Shown: positions 36,853-47,113, numbered from the stretch's first letter. The stretch is DNA of 64,000 nucleotides from an uncultured archaeon (GCA_937921685.1 CAKZUF010000003.1:2215-66214); one strand, 5' to 3'. The notes: a model not told the origin generated them from the sequence alone. Numbers and translations: made by a program.

Positions 36853-39168
36853 ATGAGGGGAATAGCTGCACCCATACTCGCAATGGTATTGGCAATTGCA
36901 ACGGTGCTTCCAATAACCTTTTCCCTCGAGGAGGCTAGGCTTGGCGGCGGGGTGAGGATAGAGTTTCAGTCCACTAAACTTCTTTCGGGACTCCTGACGG
37001 GTAGGCTGGGGGTCATCGCGCGGGGAGAAGACCCGTTCATGAGGATTGGCGAGGCGGGCGGGGAGCCGGGTGAGAGGAGGGTTGAGGCTGGGGGAGAGGG
37101 TCCCGCCCTGGGGCAATTCGCCCTTCAGGCGCCAGGTGCTGCGGGAATACTGGTACCCTTCAGAAGCCCGGCACCAGCCTTCAGCAGAAACATCTTAATA
37201 ACACGCGACTTTAGCAGAGCGCCTATTCAGACGGAGCCACACCTAGCCGTGAACCCGAAGAACCCTAACCACCTGCTGGTAGGCGTCATAGACTACAACT
37301 TTGCCGGGGTCAGCGCCTATGTCAGCTTAGACGGCGGAGAGACGTGGATAGGCCCGCGACAGCTAAGATACTTGAAGGATGACATAGGGTCGGGGGGAGA
37401 CCCTGTAGTAGCCTTTGACAGGGATGGGAACGCCTACTTCGCCTCAATATCCATCGGTGTGGAGGAGTTTAGGATAGGCGCGGCCGTCGCCGAGGAGATA
37501 GTCTCAAGTATAGTGGTTTCCAAGAGCACGGACGGAGGGTTCACATGGTCTGAGCCGGTCTCAGTAGCTAGGAGCGGCATCACTTTCAGGAATATCGGAT
37601 ACGATGAAAAGGGGAGGCTGAGGGGAAGCATCGCATTCTCATTCCTTGACAAGCCTTGGATGGTCGTGGGCCCCGACAAAGCAGACCCCAGAAGGGACGC
37701 GATATATGTAACATACACGGAGTTCTCCGTCGTGTGGGACATATTCTATGTTGAGGAGCTCGTATTCCTCGGGAACCCTAGGATTGAGTCGGTCATCAAG
37801 CTGGTCAAATCCTCAACGGACTTTACAGTAATGACACCGCCTATCCAGGTTAGTCCCGTCGTCGTCCGCGGATTCGGAACTGAGATAACTCAGAGACGGG
37901 TTGTCCAAGGGTCTCAGCCGGCAGTTACGTCTGATGGCATGATATATGTCGCTTGGCTCGACACTTTGGACGACGATAGCGCTAAAGGGTTAGGCGAGAT
38001 ACATGTGGCTATTAGCAACGATGGCGGTAGGAGCTGGAGGGGACCGGTAAGGGCCGCTATCTTTAACGAGGTCAGCTTCACTCCGCGAAACGCACCCTTT
38101 AGAAATTGGGGGTCCTCCTTCCCACAGCTCGCGGTTGGCCCGGGTGGCGAGGTCTACATAGTTTTTGCGGGACGCCCAGCCGACAAGCAGCTTGATGACG
38201 GCGATATCTACTTTGTCCGGAGCCTCGACGGCGGCGTGACATGGTCCCAGCCCAAAAGACTCAATGACGACGAGACCGGCAGGCTTCAATTCTTCCCCTC
38301 CATCACGGTAGACCCGAACGGCGTAATTCACGTTATGTGGGGTGATATGAGGGATGACCCCGTGGAGACGAAGTATCACATCTACTATACGAGGTCCGAG
38401 GACAAGGGTGAGACGTGGGGATTCGAGATACCTGAGCTCGGCCAGAGGGTTGGGAGCACAAGGGTCACAGACTCGTATAGCAACCCCAACTTCGGATTCC
38501 CGGGCGGCAGATTCATCGGAGACTACTTCTCGATAAAGGCAACAGCAGACGACGTATACATGGTGTGGGCGGACTGCAGGCTGGGAGAGTTCACCGGAAT
38601 AAACCAGAAGATAGCATTCGCAAGGAGGCGGGCCATGACGGCTCCCTCAATCTTCGTCACACCCCCCAGCGGCGTCGCGGGCCGCGACATAACGATAGTA
38701 GGGTCAAACTTCCAGCCCGACTCCAACATATACATAGAGCTCTCGGGAAGCGTGGTGGCATACACTAAAACGAATGAGGAGGGGTCTTTCACTGCGCGGA
38801 TCTTCACACCACTGACGTCAGAAGGCCCGCAGACGGTGGTAGCGTATGACCAGACGGGAAACTTCGCTGTCGCGAGCTTCTACATCGAGTTCGGGTTCAA
38901 CAACTTGGCAGAACGGATCAACGCCCTCGAGTCGGATAGGCAGATTCTGCAGAGCCTGTTGACAGAGGTCCGCGGAATTGGCGAGTCTCTGAAAACTAGT
39001 GGTGACAGTAGGCCACCGCAGGTGGGGCAGCCAGCCACCACACCAGACGTTGTATGGTTGATAGTGGCTGGTCTTTCAGGTGTTGCGATAGGGTTGTGGG
39101 CAGGAGTGATCGTCGCTAGGAGGCTCCAAGGAACTCGGCGGAGTGGTCAGGCGACTAGCCAATCGTGA
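36853..39168 (+). CDS. Membrane-anchored extracellular BNR/Asp-box repeat protein (sialidase-like beta-propeller)
   Basis: 771 aa. N-terminal signal. At least five S-x-D-x-G-x-T-W boxes (SLDGGETW, STDGGFTW, SNDGGRSW, SLDGGVTW, SEDKGETW). C-terminal coiled-coil segment and TM anchor (VVWLIVAGLSGVAIGLWAGVIVARRL). Confidence 0.55.
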   Translation: MRGIAAPILAMVLAIATVLPITFSLEEARLGGGVRIEFQSTKLLSGLLTGRLGVIARGEDPFMRIGEAGGEPGERRVEAGGEGPALGQFALQAPGAAGILVPFRSPAPAFSRNILITRDFSRAPIQTEPHLAVNPKNPNHLLVGVIDYNFAGVSAYVSLDGGETWIGPRQLRYLKDDIGSGGDPVVAFDRDGNAYFASISIGVEEFRIGAAVAEEIVSSIVVSKSTDGGFTWSEPVSVARSGITFRNIGYDEKGRLRGSIAFSFLDKPWMVVGPDKADPRRDAIYVTYTEFSVVWDIFYVEELVFLGNPRIESVIKLVKSSTDFTVMTPPIQVSPVVVRGFGTEITQRRVVQGSQPAVTSDGMIYVAWLDTLDDDSAKGLGEIHVAISNDGGRSWRGPVRAAIFNEVSFTPRNAPFRNWGSSFPQLAVGPGGEVYIVFAGRPADKQLDDGDIYFVRSLDGGVTWSQPKRLNDDETGRLQFFPSITVDPNGVIHVMWGDMRDDPVETKYHIYYTRSEDKGETWGFEIPELGQRVGSTRVTDSYSNPNFGFPGGRFIGDYFSIKATADDVYMVWADCRLGEFTGINQKIAFARRRAMTAPSIFVTPPSGVAGRDITIVGSNFQPDSNIYIELSGSVVAYTKTNEEGSFTARIFTPLTSEGPQTVVAYDQTGNFAVASFYIEFGFNNLAERINALESDRQILQSLLTEVRGIGESLKTSGDSRPPQVGQPATTPDVVWLIVAGLSGVAIGLWAGVIVARRLQGTRRSGQATSQS

Positions 39169-39304
39169 GCGGTAGTTAGACAGAGGTGTGATAGTCTCAA
39201 TAGCCTAGGCGCCACAATACTCTGCAGCGCGAGAAGTTTCAATTTTTTATTGTGGCTACCCAAAGCTTATCTATTCGCCCACCTCTAATCTCTTCAGACC
39301 GGGA

Positions 39305-41881
39305 ATGCGTGTCCTGACAGCACTGGTCCTCGCCCTACTGCTAACAGTCACTCAGCTGTCCCTACTGGAGGCGTCTAATGGCCAGTCCGAGCTACGCGGA
39401 CCCGCAGCCGAGAAGATAATATTCCGGGGTATAGGCTCGCAGGACATCGCCGACAGAGAGATAAAGGCAGGGAGAATAGACATATTCCTCTTCAACCTCA
39501 AGACAGAGGCCGCGCGCCGCCTGAGGGGCGACCCATCAATCAAACTCATCGAAGCACCGGCCACGATGTACTCTATTCTGCTCAACCCAGCTCCGGCACC
39601 CAGCGGCCAGCTTAACCCCTTCTCCATCAAAGAGGTTCGACAAGCCATGCAGTATCTCGTGAATAGGGATGAGGTTGTCTCGGTTATCTTCAAGGGGCTG
39701 GCGCAGCCCATGTACTCTTTCGTAAGTCCCTTCGACCTAGATTACGTAACAGTCTTTGAGGATGTTAAGTCTCTGGGGATACGCTATGACCCTGACTATG
39801 CGCGGTCCCTGATAACAGAGGCGATGAGGAGGGCTGGTGCCGAGTTGGTGGATGGTGTGTGGAGGTTTGGTGGGAAGGAGATCTCCCTGAAGCTGATCTA
39901 CAGGTCTGAGGATGAGAGGAGGGAGATTGGTGAGATGCTTAGAAATGAGCTGGAGAGGCTTGGGTTTAGGGTTGAGCCCATATTGCTGGAGTTCGGTCCG
40001 GCTGTTGAGAGGGTGTATTCTAGGGACCCGGCTGCCTTTGACTGGCATATATATACTGAGGGTTGGGGGAGGGGTGGCGCCGCGCGATACGAGGCGGGAA
40101 GCATAAACCAGTTCTGCGCCCCCTGGCTTGGCAACATGCCAGGCTGGAGGGAGGTCGGGTTCTGGCAGTACGAGAACTCAACCCTCGACGAGCTCGGTCA
40201 GAGACTATTCAAGGGCGACTACAGAAGCAAGGAGGAGCGCAACGAGCTCTTCAGAAGGATGACGCAACTATGCATCCAAGAGTCGATCAGGGTTTGGGTT
40301 GCTACAGCCATCAGCGTCTTCCCCGCAAGCCCATCCGTCACCCCATTAATCCTCGACATAGTGGGAGGTCCACGCTCAGTCTACACCCTCAGGGAGAGTG
40401 TGAACAAGGAACGCAGCGATAAGAGCCTCGTTGTAGGCCATCTGTGGGTTGAGCCGCCCGGTGGGAGGAGCGCATGGAACCCAATAGGCGGCTTCGGTGA
40501 CGTCTACAGCGTAGACATTTACCGCAACATTGTAGACCCTCCTCTTGCCCGCCACCCCTTCTCCGGCAAGCCAATACCATTCAGGGCAGATTTTAGAGTC
40601 GAGACCTCCTCTCCGCAGCCCACAGTACTGGTCCCGGCCGACGCCTTCATATGGGACGCCCAGTCCGGTGGATGGCGCAGGGTAGGGACCGGAGTCACGG
40701 CCAAGAGCAAGGTAGTCTACGACTTCTCGAAATACATTGGCGCAAAGTGGCATCACGGTCAGCCGATAACATGGGCAGACATATTATACCCCATCTATCA
40801 AGCCTTCGACATAGCCTATAACGAGCGGAAGAGCAGAATAGAGACGGCAATAGCCGTGACATCCCGACCATACCTTGAAACCTTCAAGGGCTTCAGGATA
40901 GTGGAGGGGTCTAAGCTCGAGGTCTACGTCGACTACTGGCACTTCGAGCCCGAGATCGTTGCGGAGTACGCCCTCCCGACATCTGTCTCAATGCCTTGGG
41001 AGGTCCTCCTAGCCATGGATGTCCTAGTCTTCGACAAGAGGCAGGCCGCCTACACAGACACGGCCGCGGCCCGGTTCAACCCCGAGCTCGGATGGATAAA
41101 TCTAGTCAAGGAGCGCGTCTCGAGACACTTGGCCGAAGTGGTTTTGAGCGAGTTTCTATCCTCCAAGTTTTTGCCTGAGAAGGTGCTCAGCATAGACGGT
41201 ATTTACCAGCTGAGCTGGAGCGAGGCTGAGGCTAGGTATCGAGCGTCGATAGAGTGGTTCAGAAAGTATAGGCACCTAGTGATCGGGCAGGGGCCATTCA
41301 TATTGGCAAGGTTTGACGGGCCTAGCCAGACAGCTGAGCTGGCCGCCTTCAGGGACCCGACATACCCGCTTAGCCCCGGCAGATGGTCAGAATTCACTCA
41401 GCCCCCACAGCTCTCCCTCGCATCCCCAATTTCAGGAGAGATAAACACCCTGACCGGAGGGACAATAACCCTCAGGCTCAAAGCCCCTCAGGGAACCAAG
41501 GTAAGATACCTCATACAAGACGTTTCACGTACAGAGATATTCGCGGTAGGCGACGCCACACTCGTTAACGGAGGAGCCTACGAGATCAAAGTACCAGCCG
41601 AGACCTCATCCAAGTTAAGACCTGGACTCTACAAACTCTCAATCGTCGCCTATAACCCTGACGAGGTAGGGACCGTGCTGGAGGTTGAGAGTGACATCAG
41701 AGTGACAATAGGGGAGACCACGACTACGAGGGAAATTACCACTCAGACCCAGCCGACGATAACCACAGAAACAGGAGTCCCTGAGGCGCAGACGTCAACC
41801 CTACTATACGTCGGCGTCGCCGTGGCCGTGGCTGTGGCTTTGTTTATAGCAGTCGTGTTGTTGAGGCGTAGGGGGAGGTAG
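39305..41881 (+). CDS. ABC transporter substrate-binding protein family 5 (OppA/DppA-like), with C-terminal Thr-rich linker and TM anchor
   Basis: 858 aa. N-terminal signal. C-terminal TTTTREITTQTQPTITTETG... then a hydrophobic anchor and RRRGR tail. Confidence 0.6.
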   Translation: MRVLTALVLALLLTVTQLSLLEASNGQSELRGPAAEKIIFRGIGSQDIADREIKAGRIDIFLFNLKTEAARRLRGDPSIKLIEAPATMYSILLNPAPAPSGQLNPFSIKEVRQAMQYLVNRDEVVSVIFKGLAQPMYSFVSPFDLDYVTVFEDVKSLGIRYDPDYARSLITEAMRRAGAELVDGVWRFGGKEISLKLIYRSEDERREIGEMLRNELERLGFRVEPILLEFGPAVERVYSRDPAAFDWHIYTEGWGRGGAARYEAGSINQFCAPWLGNMPGWREVGFWQYENSTLDELGQRLFKGDYRSKEERNELFRRMTQLCIQESIRVWVATAISVFPASPSVTPLILDIVGGPRSVYTLRESVNKERSDKSLVVGHLWVEPPGGRSAWNPIGGFGDVYSVDIYRNIVDPPLARHPFSGKPIPFRADFRVETSSPQPTVLVPADAFIWDAQSGGWRRVGTGVTAKSKVVYDFSKYIGAKWHHGQPITWADILYPIYQAFDIAYNERKSRIETAIAVTSRPYLETFKGFRIVEGSKLEVYVDYWHFEPEIVAEYALPTSVSMPWEVLLAMDVLVFDKRQAAYTDTAAARFNPELGWINLVKERVSRHLAEVVLSEFLSSKFLPEKVLSIDGIYQLSWSEAEARYRASIEWFRKYRHLVIGQGPFILARFDGPSQTAELAAFRDPTYPLSPGRWSEFTQPPQLSLASPISGEINTLTGGTITLRLKAPQGTKVRYLIQDVSRTEIFAVGDATLVNGGAYEIKVPAETSSKLRPGLYKLSIVAYNPDEVGTVLEVESDIRVTIGETTTTREITTQTQPTITTETGVPEAQTSTLLYVGVAVAVAVALFIAVVLLRRRGR

Positions 41882-42927
41882 TGGGCGTAGCACGTCCGCT
41901 TGTTGTAAGGGCAGCCTCACTATGCCTCGTCCTGTTAGTGGTAATTGCCATACTAGTAGTGATACTGGGCGTAAGTGGGTTCTCCGAGCGTGTCATAACA
42001 GCGACGATAAACGAGGAGTTGAGAAACCTGAGACAGACGCTGGCACAGCGCATTACAGACCCTACAGAGCTCGAGAACGTCTTGGCGGCGCGGAGACAGG
42101 AGCTGATAGAGTCATACGGCCTGGATAGGCCATGGTACTACAGGCTTCCCGACCTGATTCGTCGTGTCGTCCTCCTAGACCTAGGCGAGTCAAGGGTTAT
42201 TGAAGGATTCAGTGGGAGCAGAAAAATCAGCGACATAGTAGTGGAGCGGATTCCCTTCACAGTGATGCTGGTCACATCAGCTGTTATGATTTCTACGCTC
42301 GCCGGAATCTATATCGGACTCAAACTAGCCCTAAACCCGGGGAGCTGGATAGATAGGGTAACCATCTATCTGGCCGCGATCTCGAACGGCCTCCCCAGCT
42401 GGTGGACAGGAATAATACTATTGCTCGTCTTCGTATACTATGTGCGACTGCTACCACCCGGTGGGGTGATGAGCTCGCCGCCCCCCACCGAGCCACACCT
42501 CATAGTTCTTGACATCCTGTGGCACTCAATACTGCCACTCACAACACTCGTGGCAGTTAGTATAGGACCATCAATCTATGCTGCGAGGACCGTGGTCTTG
42601 AATGTGGCGCAGGAGGACTTTGTAATGGCCGCAAAGGCGAGAGGGCTCCCTGAGCACATCGTCATACGGAGACACGTCATGAGAGCCGCCGCACCGCCAA
42701 TCATAACGATAGCCGTCTTCAGCCTCGCAGGCTCCCTTGGAGGCGCAATACTCACCGAGACAATATTCAACTGGCCTGGGATGGGTAGGCTCTACTACGA
42801 CGCAGTAGTGAGAGGTGACGAGGCAATAATAATAGCCCTAACCTACATGTACGGACTAATCTATGTCGCTGCACGACTCATACTCGAGTCCCTCTACCTC
42901 ATACTCGACCCCCGCGTACGGTACTGA
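41881..42927 (+). CDS. ABC transporter permease (DppB/OppB-like)
   Basis: 348 aa. EAA-region motif EDFVMAAKARGL. Confidence 0.75.
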   Translation: MGVARPLVVRAASLCLVLLVVIAILVVILGVSGFSERVITATINEELRNLRQTLAQRITDPTELENVLAARRQELIESYGLDRPWYYRLPDLIRRVVLLDLGESRVIEGFSGSRKISDIVVERIPFTVMLVTSAVMISTLAGIYIGLKLALNPGSWIDRVTIYLAAISNGLPSWWTGIILLLVFVYYVRLLPPGGVMSSPPPTEPHLIVLDILWHSILPLTTLVAVSIGPSIYAARTVVLNVAQEDFVMAAKARGLPEHIVIRRHVMRAAAPPIITIAVFSLAGSLGGAILTETIFNWPGMGRLYYDAVVRGDEAIIIALTYMYGLIYVAARLILESLYLILDPRVRY

Positions 42928-42953
42928 CACCACGCAGCAAGGAATATTAATCC

Positions 42954-43577
42954 GTGAAAAACCTCGGAATACGTATGGACGGTCTGAGGGATGCGAAATA
43001 CCTCGGAGGCGTTGGTTCAATATTGATGCTGCTATTGCCAGCCCCTGAAGTCGGCTTCATACTCTACATCGCCGGGCTTGTGCTCGTCGCGATAGCTGTG
43101 AAAAAAATCGCCGACGCGGTGGGAGACTCATCAATATTCAACAACATGCTAATCTCGATCATATTGTTGATAGTGGGCGGGGCGATTGGTGTGGCTGTCG
43201 GCTTAGCCCTCGGACTGGCAAGCTTCGCTCAAATTTTCTCGAGAATCTTCACCGGCGACGGCCTATCGACAGAATTTACAGGGCCTGAGACGCTTCAACT
43301 ATTCTTAGATATCGCTATCGCAATTTTCGCGGCTATAGCAGTAGTCTGGGTCTTTTCCATCGTCTCCAGCATCTTTCTCAGGAGGAGTTATGGCTCTATA
43401 TCTAGGAGGCTTGGCGCCGGTCTCTTCGCCACCACAGGTCTCCTCTACCTTATCGGGGCTGTATTGGCGATAGTTCTGATAGGGTTTGTAATTTTGTTCG
43501 TGGCGGTTATAGTTCAGATAGTTGCCTTCTTCACTCTGCCAGAGCAGCCGCCGGCGCCCCAAAGCCAGACCATCTAA
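42954..43577 (+). CDS. Hypothetical polytopic membrane protein
   Basis: 207 aa with four or more hydrophobic helices. It is not a DppC-type permease. Confidence 0.4.
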   Translation: MKNLGIRMDGLRDAKYLGGVGSILMLLLPAPEVGFILYIAGLVLVAIAVKKIADAVGDSSIFNNMLISIILLIVGGAIGVAVGLALGLASFAQIFSRIFTGDGLSTEFTGPETLQLFLDIAIAIFAAIAVVWVFSIVSSIFLRRSYGSISRRLGAGLFATTGLLYLIGAVLAIVLIGFVILFVAVIVQIVAFFTLPEQPPAPQSQTI

Positions 43578-43623
43578 GGCTGCTTAGTGCGAAAAGCCAA
43601 TATGATGCTGGCAGCCTATCTAT

Positions 43624-44661
43624 ATGCTGATGGCTAAAGAACTTCCACACCCTCCACACTTCGACCCGTCGCAGGCAGACAAGATCTGGCGCGTCCCGTA
43701 TCAGCAGAGGGCTGCTGAGGCGATGGAGTGGCGGAGGATATATTCAATCAAGCCAGCCTCAGCCGATGAGTTCCGAATATGCCTGATGCTCATAGACGTT
43801 CAGAATACCTTCTGCGTGCCTGGATTCGAGCTGTTTGTAGCGGGAACTTCCGGTAGGGGAGCTGTGGAGGACTGTCAGAGAGTGGCGTCATTCATCTATC
43901 GTAACCTGCCATCCATAACTGAAATAGTCGCCACGATGGATACACATCAGGCTTACCAGATTTTTCACTCAGTATTCTTTGAGGATGAGAATGGCAGGCA
44001 TCCCGATCCCTATACTCGTATAACTGTTGACGATATCAGGGAGGGGAGGTGGAGAGTCTCTGCAGAGGCGGCGAGAACAATTGGGATAAGCCCCGAGTAT
44101 CTCCAGACATATGTTAGACACTATGTTGAGACGCTGGAGAGGAGTGGGAAGTATGAGCTCACCATCTGGCCATTCCACGCAATGCTGGGTGGAATCGGCC
44201 ACTCGCTCGTCCCGCTCGTAGAGGAGGCAGTGTTCTTCCACGCAATAGCGCGGGCATCCCAGCCCGTAATGAGGACGAAGGGATTCTCCCCACTTACAGA
44301 GCACTACTCAGCCCTAGGGCCTGAGGTGAAGAGGGGGCCTGGTGGCGAGCAGATAGGGGAGAGGGATGAGCAGCTCATAAACCGGCTTCTCTCCTACGAC
44401 GCCCTAATAATTGCGGGCGAGGCTAAAAGCCACTGCGTCGCCTGGACGGTCTCGGACCTGATTGAGGCTGTGAAAGAGAGAAGACCCGAGCTCGTATCCA
44501 GAATATATTTGCTCGAGGACTGCACCTCGCCTGTAGTGGTTCCAGGCGTTGTGGACTACTCGTCCCAAGCAGACCTAGCCTTCAGAAGGTTTGCGGAGAT
44601 GGGGGCTCAGATTGTAAGATCCACTATACCCTTGGAGAGCTGGCCTAATATGCGGGTGTAG
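43624..44661 (+). CDS. Isochorismatase/cysteine-hydrolase family protein (extended form)
   Basis: LMLIDVQNTFC matches the isochorismatase-family N-terminal strand with Asp. A Cys is present later (KSHCVAW). Confidence 0.4.
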   Translation: MLMAKELPHPPHFDPSQADKIWRVPYQQRAAEAMEWRRIYSIKPASADEFRICLMLIDVQNTFCVPGFELFVAGTSGRGAVEDCQRVASFIYRNLPSITEIVATMDTHQAYQIFHSVFFEDENGRHPDPYTRITVDDIREGRWRVSAEAARTIGISPEYLQTYVRHYVETLERSGKYELTIWPFHAMLGGIGHSLVPLVEEAVFFHAIARASQPVMRTKGFSPLTEHYSALGPEVKRGPGGEQIGERDEQLINRLLSYDALIIAGEAKSHCVAWTVSDLIEAVKERRPELVSRIYLLEDCTSPVVVPGVVDYSSQADLAFRRFAEMGAQIVRSTIPLESWPNMRV

Positions 44662-44714
44662 AGGCTGGGCGGGATTGTGTATTTATGGTGGCTTTTAGAT
44701 GGATTCGTGGATAC

Positions 44715-45449
44715 ATGGAGCTGTGGGTCTCGATTGACATCCTCGAGGGCCGCGTAGTCAGGCTGATGAAGGGAGACTTAGGAAACATGTTCGTCTACTC
44801 TAACAACCCCGCGTACGTAGCGAGTCAGCTGGCCTCTACAGAGATAGATGGAATCCACGTAGTGGATATTGACGCGGCCCTGAACAGGGGGGACAACATG
44901 GAGGTTTTAAAAGAGATTGTGAAGAACGCGCAGGGTAAAGCAGTACAGGTTGGTGGAGGTCTTCGAACTAGGGAGCGTGTCGAAAAAGTCTTCAAAATTG
45001 GGGTCGACAGGATAGTTGTCGGAACTATCCTATTCAAGAATAGGGAGCTTGTAAAGGAGCTTGTAAGGGATTACGGCCCCGAGCTGCTAGTCGCCGCACT
45101 AGACTTCAATAGGGAGGGCATAGTCTATGAGGGGTGGAGTATGACGAGCCTCATGCGTGTTGAGGAAGGGTTTAGACTTGTCGATGACCTCTCATTGAAA
45201 TACGTTTTGATGACGTCAGTAGAGAGGGATGGTACTCTGGAGGGCCCGGACCTGAGATTTTTTGAGAAGATTCCCATCGAGAGGAGGGGGTCAATCTACG
45301 CTAGCGGAGGAATCACAACCCCGCGCGAGGTTAAGATGCTGTCAAGCATCGGCTATAGGGGAGTAATACTGGGCAGGGCATACTACGAGAAGCTGGCACC
45401 GATCAGGGATTATATCAAGGCCGCTAAAGGTGTAGCGGGTGCCAGCTAA
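44715..45449 (+). CDS. hisA: HisA, ProFAR isomerase
   Basis: (beta/alpha)8 HisA pattern: SIDILEGRVVRL...GGGLRT...ASGGITTPREV. Confidence 0.75.
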   Translation: MELWVSIDILEGRVVRLMKGDLGNMFVYSNNPAYVASQLASTEIDGIHVVDIDAALNRGDNMEVLKEIVKNAQGKAVQVGGGLRTRERVEKVFKIGVDRIVVGTILFKNRELVKELVRDYGPELLVAALDFNREGIVYEGWSMTSLMRVEEGFRLVDDLSLKYVLMTSVERDGTLEGPDLRFFEKIPIERRGSIYASGGITTPREVKMLSSIGYRGVILGRAYYEKLAPIRDYIKAAKGVAGAS

Positions 45450-46206
45450 GAGGGTTATACCGTGTCTAGACGTTCACCACGGAGTAGTTGTTAAGGGTGT
45501 CTCATTCAGGGAGCTTCAGACCGCTGGAGACCCTGTGGCTTTGGCTACTAGATATGTGGAGGACGGCGCAGATGAGCTGGCTCTACTGGATATCTCGGCC
45601 TCGGTTGAGGGTAGGGAAACATTCGTCGACGTAGTGCGCAGGGTAGCGTCGGAGATAAACATACCGTTCACCGTTGGCGGCGGCATTAGAAACGCAGAGG
45701 ACGCCTACAGAATACTTGCAAACGGTGCGGACAAAGTTGCTGTAAATACCGCCGCCATCCAGAACCCTGACATCATCACTGGGATATCGAGGAGATTCGG
45801 CGCGCAATGCGCTGTACTCGCCATCGACGCTAAGAGGGAATATTATTCGGGCAGGGTGTGGTTCCAAGTATACAGCCACAGTGCCACTAAGCCGACAGGA
45901 TTGGACGCTGTGGAGTGGGCCGTGCGCGGAGAAGAGCTTGGCGCAGGAGAGATACTGCTCACATCGATTGACCAAGATGGGAGGAGGACTGGATACGACA
46001 CGGAGCTGCTACGCCGCATATCTGATGCCGTGTCCATACCTGTGATAGCCAGTGGGGGGGCAGGTGATCTCAGACACTTCTTGGAGGCAGTCAAACTCGG
46101 TGGCGCAGACGCTGTTCTCGCAGCCTCAGTATTTCACTACGGCGTGTACACGATCAGGCAAGTGAAGGAATATTTAAAGACACACGGTGTCGAGGTCAGG
46201 CTATGA
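45439..46206 (+). CDS. hisF: HisF, imidazole glycerol phosphate synthase cyclase subunit
   Basis: RVIPCLDV...GADELALLDISAS...TVGGGIRN...IASGGAG. Confidence 0.85.
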   Translation: MPAKRVIPCLDVHHGVVVKGVSFRELQTAGDPVALATRYVEDGADELALLDISASVEGRETFVDVVRRVASEINIPFTVGGGIRNAEDAYRILANGADKVAVNTAAIQNPDIITGISRRFGAQCAVLAIDAKREYYSGRVWFQVYSHSATKPTGLDAVEWAVRGEELGAGEILLTSIDQDGRRTGYDTELLRRISDAVSIPVIASGGAGDLRHFLEAVKLGGADAVLAASVFHYGVYTIRQVKEYLKTHGVEVRL

Positions 46207-46565
46207 GCGGCCCAGAGAGGGTGACGATCTCACATCTAGACTTCTCTAAACTCGGGGGCTTAATAAGCGTCATAGTTCAGGACTATGAGACGAGGGAGGT
46301 TCTGATGCTCGCTCACGCCAATAGGGAGGCGATAGAGAGAACAGTCCGCGAAGGGCTTGCATACTTCTTCAGCAGGTCTAGAGGCAGGCTCTGGCTCAAG
46401 GGCGAGACCTCGGGAAACTATATGCGGGTCGTAGAGATACTGGTGGACTGCGACGGCGATGCAGTCATATACCGTGTTATCCCAGAGGGCCCCGCCTGCC
46501 ATCTAGGCACCCGGACATGCTTCACCAGGCTCTTAACCGCCGATCATGGTAACCGAACAGGGTAA
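46203..46565 (+). CDS. hisI: HisI, phosphoribosyl-AMP cyclohydrolase
   Basis: 120 aa with the PRA-CH domain (LWLKGETSGN...VDCDGDAV...C-x-H-x-G-x-x-x-CF). Confidence 0.8.
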   Translation: MSGPERVTISHLDFSKLGGLISVIVQDYETREVLMLAHANREAIERTVREGLAYFFSRSRGRLWLKGETSGNYMRVVEILVDCDGDAVIYRVIPEGPACHLGTRTCFTRLLTADHGNRTG

Positions 46566-46687
46566 GAGTACTCACGTAGCGAATTAAGGGTGGATGGTCT
46601 GTGGGCTCCACTGGACTCGAGGCTGTTGAAACTGTATAACTGGGTTAAGTAGATATAGTAGATGCGGGATAAATAGACTTGATACCG

Positions 46688-47113
46688 ATGGTCCGACAAG
46701 TTGATTTCAAGTCAGCGCCCATAGACCCTGACTTTTCAAAGAAGTTTCCAAAAACGGGCGAGCACCACGGCCACGCTGTATGGGCTGAGGGGGTTGAGAG
46801 ACCAGATGGTGAAGGAAAGCCATACCCGACAAGGCTGGGAATCCACGGCACAGCCGTGGCGGTGGATTTCGATTGCTGTGTAGCTGATGGGGCATGCATG
46901 GATGTCTGCCCCGTCAACGTGTTTGAATGGCTCCTAAACCCAGGCTTTGCAGGTACTGGGAAGGATAGAGTCATCGACCCGGAGAAGGACAAGGAGCTCT
47001 GGGAGAAGTATAGGACGGACAAGTCAGATCCTGTCAGAGAGGCTGACTGCATCTTCTGCATGGCCTGCGAGTCTGCATGCCCCGTCCAAGCAATCAAGAT
47101 AACGCCGCCATAA
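46688..47113 (+). CDS. Zinc-containing 2x[Fe-S] ferredoxin of the Sulfolobus type, with N-terminal extension
   Basis: Zn-site extension with His ligands (GEHHGHAVW...GIHGTAVAVDFD). Two cluster motifs: CVADGACMDVCP and CIFCMACESACP. Confidence 0.7.
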   Translation: MVRQVDFKSAPIDPDFSKKFPKTGEHHGHAVWAEGVERPDGEGKPYPTRLGIHGTAVAVDFDCCVADGACMDVCPVNVFEWLLNPGFAGTGKDRVIDPEKDKELWEKYRTDKSDPVREADCIFCMACESACPVQAIKITPP

